Positions 1 to 9,635 of a stretch of 64,000 bases of DNA are shown here, one piece after another. The translations under genes were made by a program, and so were the position numbers. The stretch is from NCBI GenBank assembly GCA_964354795.1, contig CAYHBB010000037.1, positions 46,197 through 110,196 of the forward strand. Reading direction: 5' to 3'. Each line of letters opens with the position of its first letter. The stretch's first letter is position 1. The notes under the pieces are model-generated. The model was not told where the DNA came from, made no database searches, and was given only the letters and a program-made list of their open reading frames with translations. The stretch is from an uncultured Planctomycetales bacterium (GTDB taxonomy: Bacteria > Omnitrophota > Gorgyraeia > Gygaellales > Profunditerraquicolaceae).

Positions 1-1625
1 TACGGAGGGGTAAAATTGATTACGGGTTTCCCGAGACACACCGCTTCTAACGCAACTGTGCTCTGCCAATAAATGACAAGCTCGCTTGCCTTCAATTCCT
101 CCTGCAACCCTGCCTTAGAAAGCGAAACATTGCAATATCCCTCTAACGAAAAACCAAAACGAGCAGACAAAGAACTCCATGGCATTGCAGGATGAGGCCT
201 TAAAATAAACTCATAGTTAAGCAACCCCTTCGCCTCTCTTAATACATATTGCAATAAAAATCGAGCTTCCCAAACTCCATCGAGTATGACTAATATCCGT
301 TTATTTCTAACTCTCTCATCCGTAACACTTTTGTAAAGATATTCATATTTTAATGCGCAACTTACAACAACATCCGTTGCCGCATAATCCCCATATTGTT
401 TCAAAATGCTTGATGAAATCGCTCCTGTGGTCAATACTTTATCCGGCAACGGAACGAAAGATCTTTCTTTCGGACTAATAAACATATTCAAGGACGACTG
501 AGGAACAACAGAGTGCTGATATCCCAAAAGCTTCGTCGACGGGCTATAGCGCCGGCACGCCAACATGCACATACGTTCCCAGGGATTGTTTTCGAACGTG
601 AACAAAAACGTTCCTACGCGCAGACGCCGGAGCATATTCCGTGTCGCATCATAATGTAAAAGCTGCGCAATTTGGATTCCGTTTATGGTCCTGGCAAGCT
701 CGTGGCGAAGAATATCAGAAATATCAAGCCCACGAAAAGATACATTCTCTTCAACCGGTAATCGCAAGCTTAGGATTCTCAAAGTCTCTCTGACAATGTC
801 GCTGCCCTTAAGAAAGAATTCAACGGGAAATATTACCAACGCCTTTTCTCGACAGATGTGCTCGATAAACTCCCGGTATCCCTCCCAGTGATAACTCCAA
901 ACAAGAACGTTTCTGTCTTTAGAGAGGACTTGTGGCAGGCACCCGAAGAACGGATCCACATAATCGCCGTTAGCATCCCAAGCTGAAGGATAAGAAAACG
1001 TTTTAATAACATAATATTGTTTTTGCGGCGACAAATACTGCCTGGCCTGATGTCGCAAAGCCCAATGCGCCAACAGCGCCCTCATATAAAAACGTGCGGC
1101 ATAATAAAAAATTCCGCAGAAACGTTTCGATGCGCCCACCATACGTTTCCAAAGCGCATCCCGTATAGCTCCCGGCCAAACAAGGTGCCTACCACGCTTA
1201 GCCATAGCCTTGCGCAATGACGTAAAGATACTGGTCGCAGGAGCAATAATCAACAAAGGTTTTTCCGGGTACATCGAAGCCGCCAGATCAATTTCCCAAA
1301 GATCCTGCACAAGGTCAGGCAAAGGACTAGTGAATTTGCATTTGGTTGAAATATCCGTAGACCACCAAAGAAGTGTGTTTTGATAGCGCCGATTAAGATA
1401 AGCGACGAGTTCAATGTAATCGCGAATAAATGCAGTTCGATCATTATCGGTATAAGGCGAAAAAGAAACGGCTTCAACGGCACCGACCGCTATAAATTCA
1501 TCCAGTCCGTCCTCAGAAGACAAAACTAAGCATACCGAAGCGTTGATGATACATACGAAATATTTCTTAAAAAAGGATGCTGATGCTAACGCGCAGGAAT
1601 CTTTTATCACAAAAACTCGTGCCAT
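1..1625 (-). CDS. 3'-partial CDS: ATG at 1625, open frame continues past position 1, >=541 aa. Missed by the ORF track because it has no in-window stop. GT-B-like C-terminal motifs (LRPHP ... EAxxxGKPVI); putative glycosyltransferase or capsule-biosynthesis-like protein
   Basis: I hand-translated the reverse complement codon by codon from 1625 down to position 1 and found no stop. Protein-like composition. The C-terminal region resembles the HP / GKP motifs of the 15282..16841 product. Confidence 0.45.
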   Translation of the reverse strand, partial: MARVFVIKDSCALASASFFKKYFVCIINASVCLVLSSEDGLDEFIAVGAVEAVSFSPYTDNDRTAFIRDYIELVAYLNRRYQNTLLWWSTDISTKCKFTSPLPDLVQDLWEIDLAASMYPEKPLLIIAPATSIFTSLRKAMAKRGRHLVWPGAIRDALWKRMVGASKRFCGIFYYAARFYMRALLAHWALRHQARQYLSPQKQYYVIKTFSYPSAWDANGDYVDPFFGCLPQVLSKDRNVLVWSYHWEGYREFIEHICREKALVIFPVEFFLKGSDIVRETLRILSLRLPVEENVSFRGLDISDILRHELARTINGIQIAQLLHYDATRNMLRRLRVGTFLFTFENNPWERMCMLACRRYSPSTKLLGYQHSVVPQSSLNMFISPKERSFVPLPDKVLTTGAISSSILKQYGDYAATDVVVSCALKYEYLYKSVTDERVRNKRILVILDGVWEARFLLQYVLREAKGLLNYEFILRPHPAMPWSSLSARFGFSLEGYCNVSLSKAGLQEELKASELVIYWQSTVALEAVCLGKPVINFTPP

Positions 1626-1671
1626 AAATTCACTCTACCCAATAATTGGAGATTTAATCTTGCTATCCATA

Positions 1672-3210
1672 TTAATCCTCTAAATACACATTGATTTTTC
1701 CATTTAAAATCCCATATTCCTTTTTTCCTTCCTGTGTTAACTTTTCCGCTATTTTGATCCTTTCAAGATATTCATCGGGCAAATAAACATAAAGAGGAAA
1801 TATCCGAGATAGGCTCTTGAGATCTTCATGACTCAAGTAGCCAGATTTCAGAAGACTTTCTATGCTCAAATCTGTATTGCTTGTGTAAGAAATAGGATCA
1901 AGTAGACCTTCCGAGACGCAAAGATCGTACAACTCGCATCCTTTAAAAGGCGTAAAAATGAAAATATTGCTTCTGATGCGGTTATTCAACTTAAAAAGCT
2001 GTCTGTTTAACATAATTGTATCATGGATTAATGAGCGCGTTTCAAGGGGAAATCCAATAATATTATTTAAAGATGCTCCCTGGCCGCATTTATCAAGTAT
2101 TTTTATGGACTCGATAATTTTATTGTTCGTGACATATCTTTTTAAATATTTACGCCGGAATTCTTCATTTCCGTGTTCAATCCCGACAGTAAGCCAAAAT
2201 AACCCGACATCTTTAAGTCTTGATATCTTTTCGTATGTTATTGTTTCAGGCCTTGTCTGTATCCAGAAAGGTATCTTTATTTTACTATAGCCATCTATAA
2301 ACCCATTGAATTCATCCTCGCTCATTATAAGAAAACACTCTGTCGCGAAATAAAAGAATTTTGGATCATATTTATCGATGACAGCTTCGATTTCTTCAAA
2401 TAATTTAGCAATTGATTTCTTCCGGAAATAAGAACTGTGTCCGTTGTCATTGTATAGTTTTCGCAAAGATGGAGCCGCACAATAAGTACATTGGTATGGG
2501 CAAGACCTTGAAAGTTCAATTGGAATGGTCTTTAACAGACTCCCCTGCATTGGCTTAAAAAACATATACTTCGCAAATATAGAGAAATCAGGCTGAAGAA
2601 TCAAATCAAGAGATTTGGGCTCTCTTATTTTGTTTTTTATTACTTCGCTATTTCTCTTGATCCATAGGTTTGGAATATTGCTATAATCTTTTTCTTCCCA
2701 AAGACAGAGGCATAGTTCCGCGAGCGCTTCCTCGCCTTCCCCTTGACAAACCATATCAATAGAATCTTCCTCGATGACTATTTCAGGCGCCAGAGTTGGA
2801 AAAACGCCGCCTGCGATAACTTTTACGTTTTTTAAAACATTCTTTGCGTGCCTTGTCAACCTTATGCCTTTCGCAAAAGCACTTTCTACGGCACTTAAAC
2901 CTATAAGATCGGGCCTATATTCATTAAGAACTTTTGTAAAATCTTCCATTAAATCGGTTTTTTTTCTTTCTATGCCGGCGACGGAATAATTAATTCTTTT
3001 TGTCGAATGATAGACTTCGTCCCTTTCTAAATTCTCATCGATCTCTCCCGGATCTTGATAAAGGATCGTATCGAATACTCTGACCTCGATTCCTTTTGAT
3101 TTTAACTCAGCTGCTAAATAAGCTATACCAAGCGGTAAATTAGTCTGCATAAAAAGTCCGGGGTATAAAAATAAAACTTTGAATTTTTTATCATCCATCG
3201 CGCGAACCAT
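1672..3210 (-). CDS. B12-binding domain radical SAM protein (class B rSAM, possible methyltransferase)
   Basis: N-terminal cobalamin-binding-like domain (KVLFLYPG...), then CxxxCxxC cluster motif 'CPYQCTYC'. Confidence 0.8.
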   Translation of the reverse strand: MVRAMDDKKFKVLFLYPGLFMQTNLPLGIAYLAAELKSKGIEVRVFDTILYQDPGEIDENLERDEVYHSTKRINYSVAGIERKKTDLMEDFTKVLNEYRPDLIGLSAVESAFAKGIRLTRHAKNVLKNVKVIAGGVFPTLAPEIVIEEDSIDMVCQGEGEEALAELCLCLWEEKDYSNIPNLWIKRNSEVIKNKIREPKSLDLILQPDFSIFAKYMFFKPMQGSLLKTIPIELSRSCPYQCTYCAAPSLRKLYNDNGHSSYFRKKSIAKLFEEIEAVIDKYDPKFFYFATECFLIMSEDEFNGFIDGYSKIKIPFWIQTRPETITYEKISRLKDVGLFWLTVGIEHGNEEFRRKYLKRYVTNNKIIESIKILDKCGQGASLNNIIGFPLETRSLIHDTIMLNRQLFKLNNRIRSNIFIFTPFKGCELYDLCVSEGLLDPISYTSNTDLSIESLLKSGYLSHEDLKSLSRIFPLYVYLPDEYLERIKIAEKLTQEGKKEYGILNGKINVYLED

Positions 3211-3238
3211 TAATCTTCCTTCGGCCTCTCGTCTCTAT

Positions 3239-5332
3239 TCACGGCATAATACGGCAACTTGCTAGCAATTCCTTACTGGAATAATTGCGGCCCCGTTGAA
3301 TTTTATCTTTGCCCCACCTTTGGGCATAACGTTGTGCCACCTGCTCCATAACATCTTCCGCGGACATTCCTGACCGTAACCCTTCTAAGAGCTCTTTAAG
3401 ATATTCGCTCAAGCGCTGTGCCGCCAATCCATCGCGAAAAGGATCTATGTCATTGATGATAGAAGACCAATTTCCTAAAGCAGGGTTCCCGCCAAGGGTT
3501 TTCCAGTGGTCCTGGCAGGCGTTCCAAAGGCTAAGATGATCTTTAAACACAACACCGGGGCCAAGTTTATACAATGGGCTTTCCGACCATCCTTCCAGGT
3601 CAAGGAATAAAGTCTTTGCGCCAGACAGAGCGGCATCAACCCCTGCCGTTCCCGCCCACAAACAATCGTGGATGGAAATATCCCCGGCTATTGCCGCCGC
3701 CGCCGGAGTAAACATCCCCTGAAAAAGTCCTTCATGAAAGACATAACACCTTCCCGTTCGCTGCGCAGCGCGCAAAAGATCTGCTACGGGCCCTAACCTC
3801 TTGAGCAAGTTCCAAGGTGTTTTAGGTTTAAAAATGATTCCGAGCTTGGGATCTTCAAGAAGTCGGTTTAACCAAAACGTATAGTTCTTACGCAATATTT
3901 TATGCCCCATAAACCAACGCCCATCATCAACGGAAATTTCATCAAAATACGCAATAATGCGCTCGGCTCCCCGCTCAAGAAGCCGACGCCTGATCTCTTG
4001 AGCCAAAGGACGTAAATGTTTAAATCTGTTATCGCCAATATAACCAACCGTAACGTGATATTTGAAATCTGAACCGCTTTTAAGATGGATATCCTGGCTT
4101 GGAGCAGAAAATCCAAAGATCAAATCGCTCCCTACAGCGTAATACGGAGAAGGGTTGGATTCATAGGCCCGCTGATACACGCTTGATATTCCGCCGACAT
4201 CGTTGATAGCATCCGCCATAGCCATATGAACGGCATCATATTTATACCAGGTAGTCCATAACTTAATATTATATCTACGAAAAAAATGGTTCCAATAATC
4301 TCGGGCTTGGCGGTATTCGAATATATAAGCGCGCCAGGCTTCCGGAAATTCATCGATGGAATATGAACGGAACTTATGACGGAATACTGGAACCTTAGAC
4401 TCATCGACTAGGCTAGACTGTACTGTCCGCGCAACAGCCGTGATGCCGCGGTCTGACATCTGGTGCCACTTCGTCTGATCAATAGGATCTACCCTATTAT
4501 TAAAAACAAGACAAACATCTGTTCCCTGGATACCCTGGGGATCAAGAAAAAAAAGGTCCGAAACACACTCGGGACGATCAATATTGAATTGCCCCAAATG
4601 TTCAACCATCATGCGTGCGGGACCAGAAACGTTCCAGGGAACATCGCATAGAGATTCTTTTTTGAAAAACAATCTTCCTGGGTAACGCAACAAACTAAGA
4701 ACCAAACGTAATTTGATTTTTGCGCAAAAAGACCAAATTTTCTTGAAAGCCAGTCCGCGCGCTCGATAAACTCCCATATTATGCGCAATAACACCGCATC
4801 CTTCAGCATAACGCACCAGGACTTTCCAAAAAGGCCTATTAAACATATATAGGTAAATCATGGCAGGGGCTGCTGTAGATTTCTTCCTGTGCCACTGCGC
4901 CATCCTGATCAAAACAAGCGCATGCCATAATTCTGAATGCATGGCATACCCATGGAAATCATAAGAAGAAACTGATGTTTTAGCTAAATACGCCGCCAAC
5001 CTTGCGTCCCCGTCACGACTCTTTAATTCCTCTTGGATTGGCACTTCTTTAAGGATCAATGCCTGCAGACTAACCAGATCATGGTAGCGAACCTGCAAAT
5101 AGACGCAAGCCCCCCGATCATCCCGGGCATCTGCCATCTGAAAGTTGATCCTCTCGACCTTAAAACCATATAGGCGACCAAATACTTGAGACAAAAAAAA
5201 CGCGCTTATTGTCGTATCAAAGACACCCAGGCGTCTTACTCCCGACGATTTTCTTAAGATAGGCAAAATATCTTTAATAAAATATGTAATCGTCAGAAAT
5301 TCAACATAAATAATGATAGGGGCGCTATCCAT
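3239..5332 (-). CDS. Large hypothetical protein (697 aa), Arg/Ala-rich and GC-richer than neighbours; possible glycosyl or nonulosonate transferase, function unassigned
   Basis: Long ORF with no in-frame stops in a coding-dense operon; no motif I can name with certainty. Confidence 0.5.
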   Translation of the reverse strand: MDSAPIIIYVEFLTITYFIKDILPILRKSSGVRRLGVFDTTISAFFLSQVFGRLYGFKVERINFQMADARDDRGACVYLQVRYHDLVSLQALILKEVPIQEELKSRDGDARLAAYLAKTSVSSYDFHGYAMHSELWHALVLIRMAQWHRKKSTAAPAMIYLYMFNRPFWKVLVRYAEGCGVIAHNMGVYRARGLAFKKIWSFCAKIKLRLVLSLLRYPGRLFFKKESLCDVPWNVSGPARMMVEHLGQFNIDRPECVSDLFFLDPQGIQGTDVCLVFNNRVDPIDQTKWHQMSDRGITAVARTVQSSLVDESKVPVFRHKFRSYSIDEFPEAWRAYIFEYRQARDYWNHFFRRYNIKLWTTWYKYDAVHMAMADAINDVGGISSVYQRAYESNPSPYYAVGSDLIFGFSAPSQDIHLKSGSDFKYHVTVGYIGDNRFKHLRPLAQEIRRRLLERGAERIIAYFDEISVDDGRWFMGHKILRKNYTFWLNRLLEDPKLGIIFKPKTPWNLLKRLGPVADLLRAAQRTGRCYVFHEGLFQGMFTPAAAAIAGDISIHDCLWAGTAGVDAALSGAKTLFLDLEGWSESPLYKLGPGVVFKDHLSLWNACQDHWKTLGGNPALGNWSSIINDIDPFRDGLAAQRLSEYLKELLEGLRSGMSAEDVMEQVAQRYAQRWGKDKIQRGRNYSSKELLASCRIMP

Positions 5333-5340
5333 ATATTATT

Positions 5341-6804
5341 TTAACGATTTTTTTTAACCCTCTCATGAATATCTCTAATGGCACTGCAAACCCGGTCAAC
5401 TTCATGTTCCTGCAAGTCTGCCGAACTAGGAAGACTTAATCCCTTCGATGCAAGCTCTTCTGAAACATCTAAATGCTGTCCTGTATTATAAATAGGTTGT
5501 GTGTGTACCGGAGGAAAGAATGGGCGTGTGTCTATATTCATTGAGATTAATTCACTGATCAGATCGTCTCTGTTTATCCCATATTCTTTTTCTACAAGGA
5601 CAGAATACAGCCAATAAACATTTTTGGCCCATTTCGCATGTGGCGGACAAACAATCCCCTCAATACCATCTAATTGTTTTTCATACCTATCTGCAATGCC
5701 TAATTTTGCCTGGATGATCGAGCCGATCTTTTCAACTTGCGCGAGTCCGATGGCGGCCTGGATATTCGTCAGCCTGCAATTATACCCAAGAACAGTGTGC
5801 CAATAACGTCTTGAAGGCAACATGCCATGATCGCGAAGCAACCTCACTCGTTCGGCAATATCGGGACTGTCAGTGACGATCATACCCCCCTCTCCGGTTG
5901 TGATAATTTTATTGCCGTAGAAACTAAACACGCCAATATCCCCAATGCTTCCAACTTTTTTACTCTTATATTCTGCGCCATGCGCTTCCGCGGCATCCTC
6001 GATGACGGCCAACTTATGAGCACGCGCGATTTCAAGGATAGGATCCATATCTGCGGGATGCCCATATAAGTGAACCGGTATAATAGCTTTTGTGTTCGGA
6101 GTGATCGCTTTTTCAATTAGATCCGGATCGATATTCCATGTCCTCGGCTCACTATCAACAAATACAGGTTTAGCCCCTGTATAACTAACCGCATTGGCCG
6201 TCGCGATAAATGTCAAGCTTGGCACTATGACTTCATCACCTTGATGGATACCCAAAGCTAATAAAGCTAAATGCAAAGCCGTGGTCCCATTACTTGTCGC
6301 CACAGCGTATCGCGAACCGCAATAATCAGCGAATAAAGCTTCGAATTTGCCAACATACTTTCCAGTTGAGGATATCCAATTAGAAACGATACAGTCAGTA
6401 ACGTACAATAATTCTTTTTCTCCTAATGAGGGCTCAGCAACGGGCAAGTGAAATCGCTGATCATAAAAAGCTATATCAACGATCTTATTTTCTAGATCAA
6501 GGACTGGAATAACGCGAACATCCTCTCCAAACATTTTAGCTATTTCTTCCGTTTTCATCCCTATGTTTGCGGTTTTAGTTGCCGGCCTTTCAACAAATTC
6601 TATTTTTGCCTCTAGGTTGTTTCCTTTTAATATTGCCCTTCGAATATCACCATCCGTTATAAGACCTAAAAAGCATTTCGTTTGAGCATCGATAATAAAT
6701 GCCGTACCCATTCCCCCTCTATTAATGACCCCCATTGTCTGCCTAATGGTATTATTAGGAGAAATGCACATTTCATCAATTTTCTTTCTATCAATTTTTT
6801 TCAT
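5341..6804 (-). CDS. CBS-pair domain fused to DegT/DnrJ/EryC1/StrS PLP-dependent sugar aminotransferase
   Basis: N-terminal CBS pair (GLITDGDIRRAIL...), C-terminal DegT-type fold (VATSNGTTALHLAL ... FSFYGNKIITTGEGGMIVTD). Confidence 0.8.
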   Translation of the reverse strand: MKKIDRKKIDEMCISPNNTIRQTMGVINRGGMGTAFIIDAQTKCFLGLITDGDIRRAILKGNNLEAKIEFVERPATKTANIGMKTEEIAKMFGEDVRVIPVLDLENKIVDIAFYDQRFHLPVAEPSLGEKELLYVTDCIVSNWISSTGKYVGKFEALFADYCGSRYAVATSNGTTALHLALLALGIHQGDEVIVPSLTFIATANAVSYTGAKPVFVDSEPRTWNIDPDLIEKAITPNTKAIIPVHLYGHPADMDPILEIARAHKLAVIEDAAEAHGAEYKSKKVGSIGDIGVFSFYGNKIITTGEGGMIVTDSPDIAERVRLLRDHGMLPSRRYWHTVLGYNCRLTNIQAAIGLAQVEKIGSIIQAKLGIADRYEKQLDGIEGIVCPPHAKWAKNVYWLYSVLVEKEYGINRDDLISELISMNIDTRPFFPPVHTQPIYNTGQHLDVSEELASKGLSLPSSADLQEHEVDRVCSAIRDIHERVKKNR

Positions 6805-7679
6805 CCGCTAGGCTCCAATTTATTAGGTTGACACAATAATCTGCTGATTATTGATTGCGATAATTTTAAATCAAAGATACCGCTGTATGTCTCGATTGTT
6901 AGCGTCCTATTGTTAAAATCAAATTTTTCTAAAATATTCAAAATATCGGTACTTTCACCAAAAGAACGATTTTGATCATGCGCGCCATTATTATCGCTTA
7001 GATGCACATAATCAGAGATCGGCATCGTTTTGTTTAATTGCTCTACAAAGTCAAGTCCTAAAGAATTTGCGCTTACCCTCAAATGCGCAACATCCAAAAG
7101 TAACTTAAAATCGATCAGGTTTCTTAATTCCAAATATCCGTTGTGATCGATAAGCATAAATGGACTCTGACCTTGAAACGTCTTAATATTGCTATATGAT
7201 AGGACATTGTTTTCTATATACAACTCGATATCGCTTGCCATCTCTTTAAGATGTTTGTATCCAGAGCAGAATCTCTTTATTGCCTTGTCTTTATCGCACA
7301 GCTTATTCAATGGGATATCCCTGCCTATGTCTCTTACATCAAAATCGATAAAAAACCCAGCGTGTAACCCAAATTTCTTCGAGCCTATTCTTTTTGAAAG
7401 TGAAATAGCCTTTTCATAAAACTCGACGGACTTTTTATATATCCCATCGTCTAAAGATGCTAAGTTTAATATAAAATCCTCCTTTGGTGGAGGGAAATAA
7501 TTATGCAGAAGATAATTTAAATTGTACTTATCTTTTAGCGCCAAAAGGTCTTCTTCATATCCCTGGTAATACTTTGTTCCGCCAGAAAGTTCAATATTCT
7601 TAAATCCATTGCGCGCAAGTTCATCAATAGATTCTTTTATTCTTTCATGTTTTACGCATGTCGATGAGACATATATCAT
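6801..7679 (-). CDS. Sugar phosphate isomerase/epimerase (xylose-isomerase-like TIM barrel) family protein
   Basis: Composition and length typical of AP-endonuclease-2 / xylose-isomerase-like TIM barrel; weak motif-level support only. Confidence 0.5.
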   Translation of the reverse strand: MIYVSSTCVKHERIKESIDELARNGFKNIELSGGTKYYQGYEEDLLALKDKYNLNYLLHNYFPPPKEDFILNLASLDDGIYKKSVEFYEKAISLSKRIGSKKFGLHAGFFIDFDVRDIGRDIPLNKLCDKDKAIKRFCSGYKHLKEMASDIELYIENNVLSYSNIKTFQGQSPFMLIDHNGYLELRNLIDFKLLLDVAHLRVSANSLGLDFVEQLNKTMPISDYVHLSDNNGAHDQNRSFGESTDILNILEKFDFNNRTLTIETYSGIFDLKLSQSIISRLLCQPNKLEPSG

Positions 7680-7696
7680 TTAATTCTCCATCCAGC

Positions 7697-8794
7697 TTAT
7701 CTCTCTAAATACGACCAAAAAATGGGCTGATCCTTAGGTATGTCGTGGGTTAATTTCAACCCCAATACTTGATAAGACTCCCCAGCGCAAATCCCCCTTC
7801 CGCCCGTTCTTTTGGCAACAATATTTTCACGAGTTATTTTTTCGCCTTTTCTAAGATCCACTTTAGAAACCAGGCACTTTTGCAGCAATTTTTTTGTTTC
7901 TTTTTCGCTTTCCGCAGGGAATATCTCACTTCTCCCCAATATTTGTTCGACTTTTCGTATTTCCTTAACCCACAAAACAAGCTCAACCGGGGAAAGAGAC
8001 GCCTTATGATCCGGCCCCGGCAAATTTTTATCCAAGGTAAAATGTTTTTCTACAATTTTAGCGCCCAGCGCAACGGCATATGGAGAAACGCCTAATCCTT
8101 CGGTATGATCCGAGAACCCAATCACGGCATCCAAGCTATTTTTCATTGTTACCATAGCCATTAAATTAACCTCGCCGAAACCAGTTGGGTAATTTGAGGT
8201 GCACTTAAGAAGGGCTATTTCCTTACAGCCATTTTCTTTCAAGCATTGATATGCAAGCTCGATCTCTAAAAAAGAACTCATCCCCGTTGACAGGATAACC
8301 GGCTTTCCTTTTTTCGCGACTTTCTCAAGGAACAGCAAATTGGTTATATCCGTAGAGGCAATCTTGATAGCAGGAACGCCCAATTCAATAAGTAAATTTA
8401 AACTTTCTTCTTCATAAGGAGTTGAAAGAAAAATAATATTCCTTTCCGCGCAATATTTCATAAGAGCAACATGAAAGTCTTGATCAATTTCTAACCTTTT
8501 CAACATCTCCGTTTGAGATTCATCTGCGCCCGTTGTCCCCTTTTGATATAAGGCTTTCTCGATATCGTCTAAAATCAGATCTTCCGTCTTAAAGGTCTGG
8601 AATTTAACTGCATCGGCACCGGCTTTTGCTGCGAGATCAATTAATTTTTTTGCCAGATCAAGGCTACCATTATGATTTACCCCGGCTTCAGCAATAATAA
8701 AGCAAGGGTACCCATCGCCGATTATCTTATTTTTAATGTTTATTAAATTCTCCATTAAAAACCCCTCGTCTGAAAAACTTACCAAGCGGTCCAA
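7697..8794 (-). CDS. NeuB-family nonulosonic acid synthase (NeuB/LegI/PseI-like) with C-terminal SAF domain
   Basis: FIIAEAGVNHNGSLDLAKKLIDLAAKAGADAVKFQTF motif; SAF-like C-terminus (KGEKITRENIVAKR...). Confidence 0.85.
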   Translation of the reverse strand: MDRLVSFSDEGFLMENLINIKNKIIGDGYPCFIIAEAGVNHNGSLDLAKKLIDLAAKAGADAVKFQTFKTEDLILDDIEKALYQKGTTGADESQTEMLKRLEIDQDFHVALMKYCAERNIIFLSTPYEEESLNLLIELGVPAIKIASTDITNLLFLEKVAKKGKPVILSTGMSSFLEIELAYQCLKENGCKEIALLKCTSNYPTGFGEVNLMAMVTMKNSLDAVIGFSDHTEGLGVSPYAVALGAKIVEKHFTLDKNLPGPDHKASLSPVELVLWVKEIRKVEQILGRSEIFPAESEKETKKLLQKCLVSKVDLRKGEKITRENIVAKRTGGRGICAGESYQVLGLKLTHDIPKDQPIFWSYLER

Positions 8795-9612
8795 CCGCCG
8801 TCCACTATCAAATTATGCCCGGTAACATAGGATGACGCATCCGAGGCTAAGTAGATAACAGCGCCCGTAACATCTTCTACAGCGGCCTTGCGTCCTAACG
8901 GCACTCGATAACAATAATTTTTTACAAATGCCTCATTTTCGCCTGGATGTTCTACGCCACCCGGAGAAATACAATTAACCCGTATACCGTAACTACCCCA
9001 ATATGCCGCAAGATAACGGGCCATTGAAATATGCGCGCCTTTGACAGCCGCATAGGAAGCATGCGTATAAATCCGCTTGGGCGGTCCTGACTTATCCTCT
9101 CCATAAACCTCCGAAAGATTGGAACCTTCATAAATACGTTGATCGTTACCAACAACGCCGTATATTGAAGAAAGTATAATAATGCTCCCCTTCTTGGCTG
9201 CCTCCATATATTTTCCTACTTGCTGTGTACATAAGAACATGCCATCGAGCTCAGTTTTAATAACTTTCTGCCACCCCTCAAGACTGCATTCCGTATAGGG
9301 ATAATAGAAATCATCAGATTTTGTTGAAACGCTATAAACAAGAATATCAATACATGAATTTTCCTTTATGACATGATCCACTAATTGTTTCACAGATACA
9401 GGATCCGTAACATCAACTTGTTTTTGTATAATATTCTCATTGGCCTTCAAGGCGGCTGCTGCTTTGGATGCTTGAGATTCTACCGGAAGGTCAGCCGAAT
9501 ATACCTTTGCCCCCGATTCAGCGAGACCGGTACAAAAATTCCGCCCCAAATAACCCCTGCCGCCGATAACAATTGCGGTTCTATTTGTTAGATCAAGTCT
9601 TCCCTTTGCCAT
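8779..9612 (-). CDS. Short-chain dehydrogenase/reductase (SDR) family oxidoreductase
   Basis: Rossmann TAIVIGGRGYLGRN, catalytic YAAVK (YxxxK). Confidence 0.8.
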   Translation of the reverse strand: MAKGRLDLTNRTAIVIGGRGYLGRNFCTGLAESGAKVYSADLPVESQASKAAAALKANENIIQKQVDVTDPVSVKQLVDHVIKENSCIDILVYSVSTKSDDFYYPYTECSLEGWQKVIKTELDGMFLCTQQVGKYMEAAKKGSIIILSSIYGVVGNDQRIYEGSNLSEVYGEDKSGPPKRIYTHASYAAVKGAHISMARYLAAYWGSYGIRVNCISPGGVEHPGENEAFVKNYCYRVPLGRKAAVEDVTGAVIYLASDASSYVTGHNLIVDGGWTAW

Positions 9613-9635
9613 TATTTATCCCCTAGTTAAATGAT

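Noticed and set aside
1250-1483. 77-aa minus-strand ORF in the ORF track
   Set aside because: It sits in a +1 frame inside the much longer open frame 1..1625 that I verified codon by codon. The long partial gene explains the region better.
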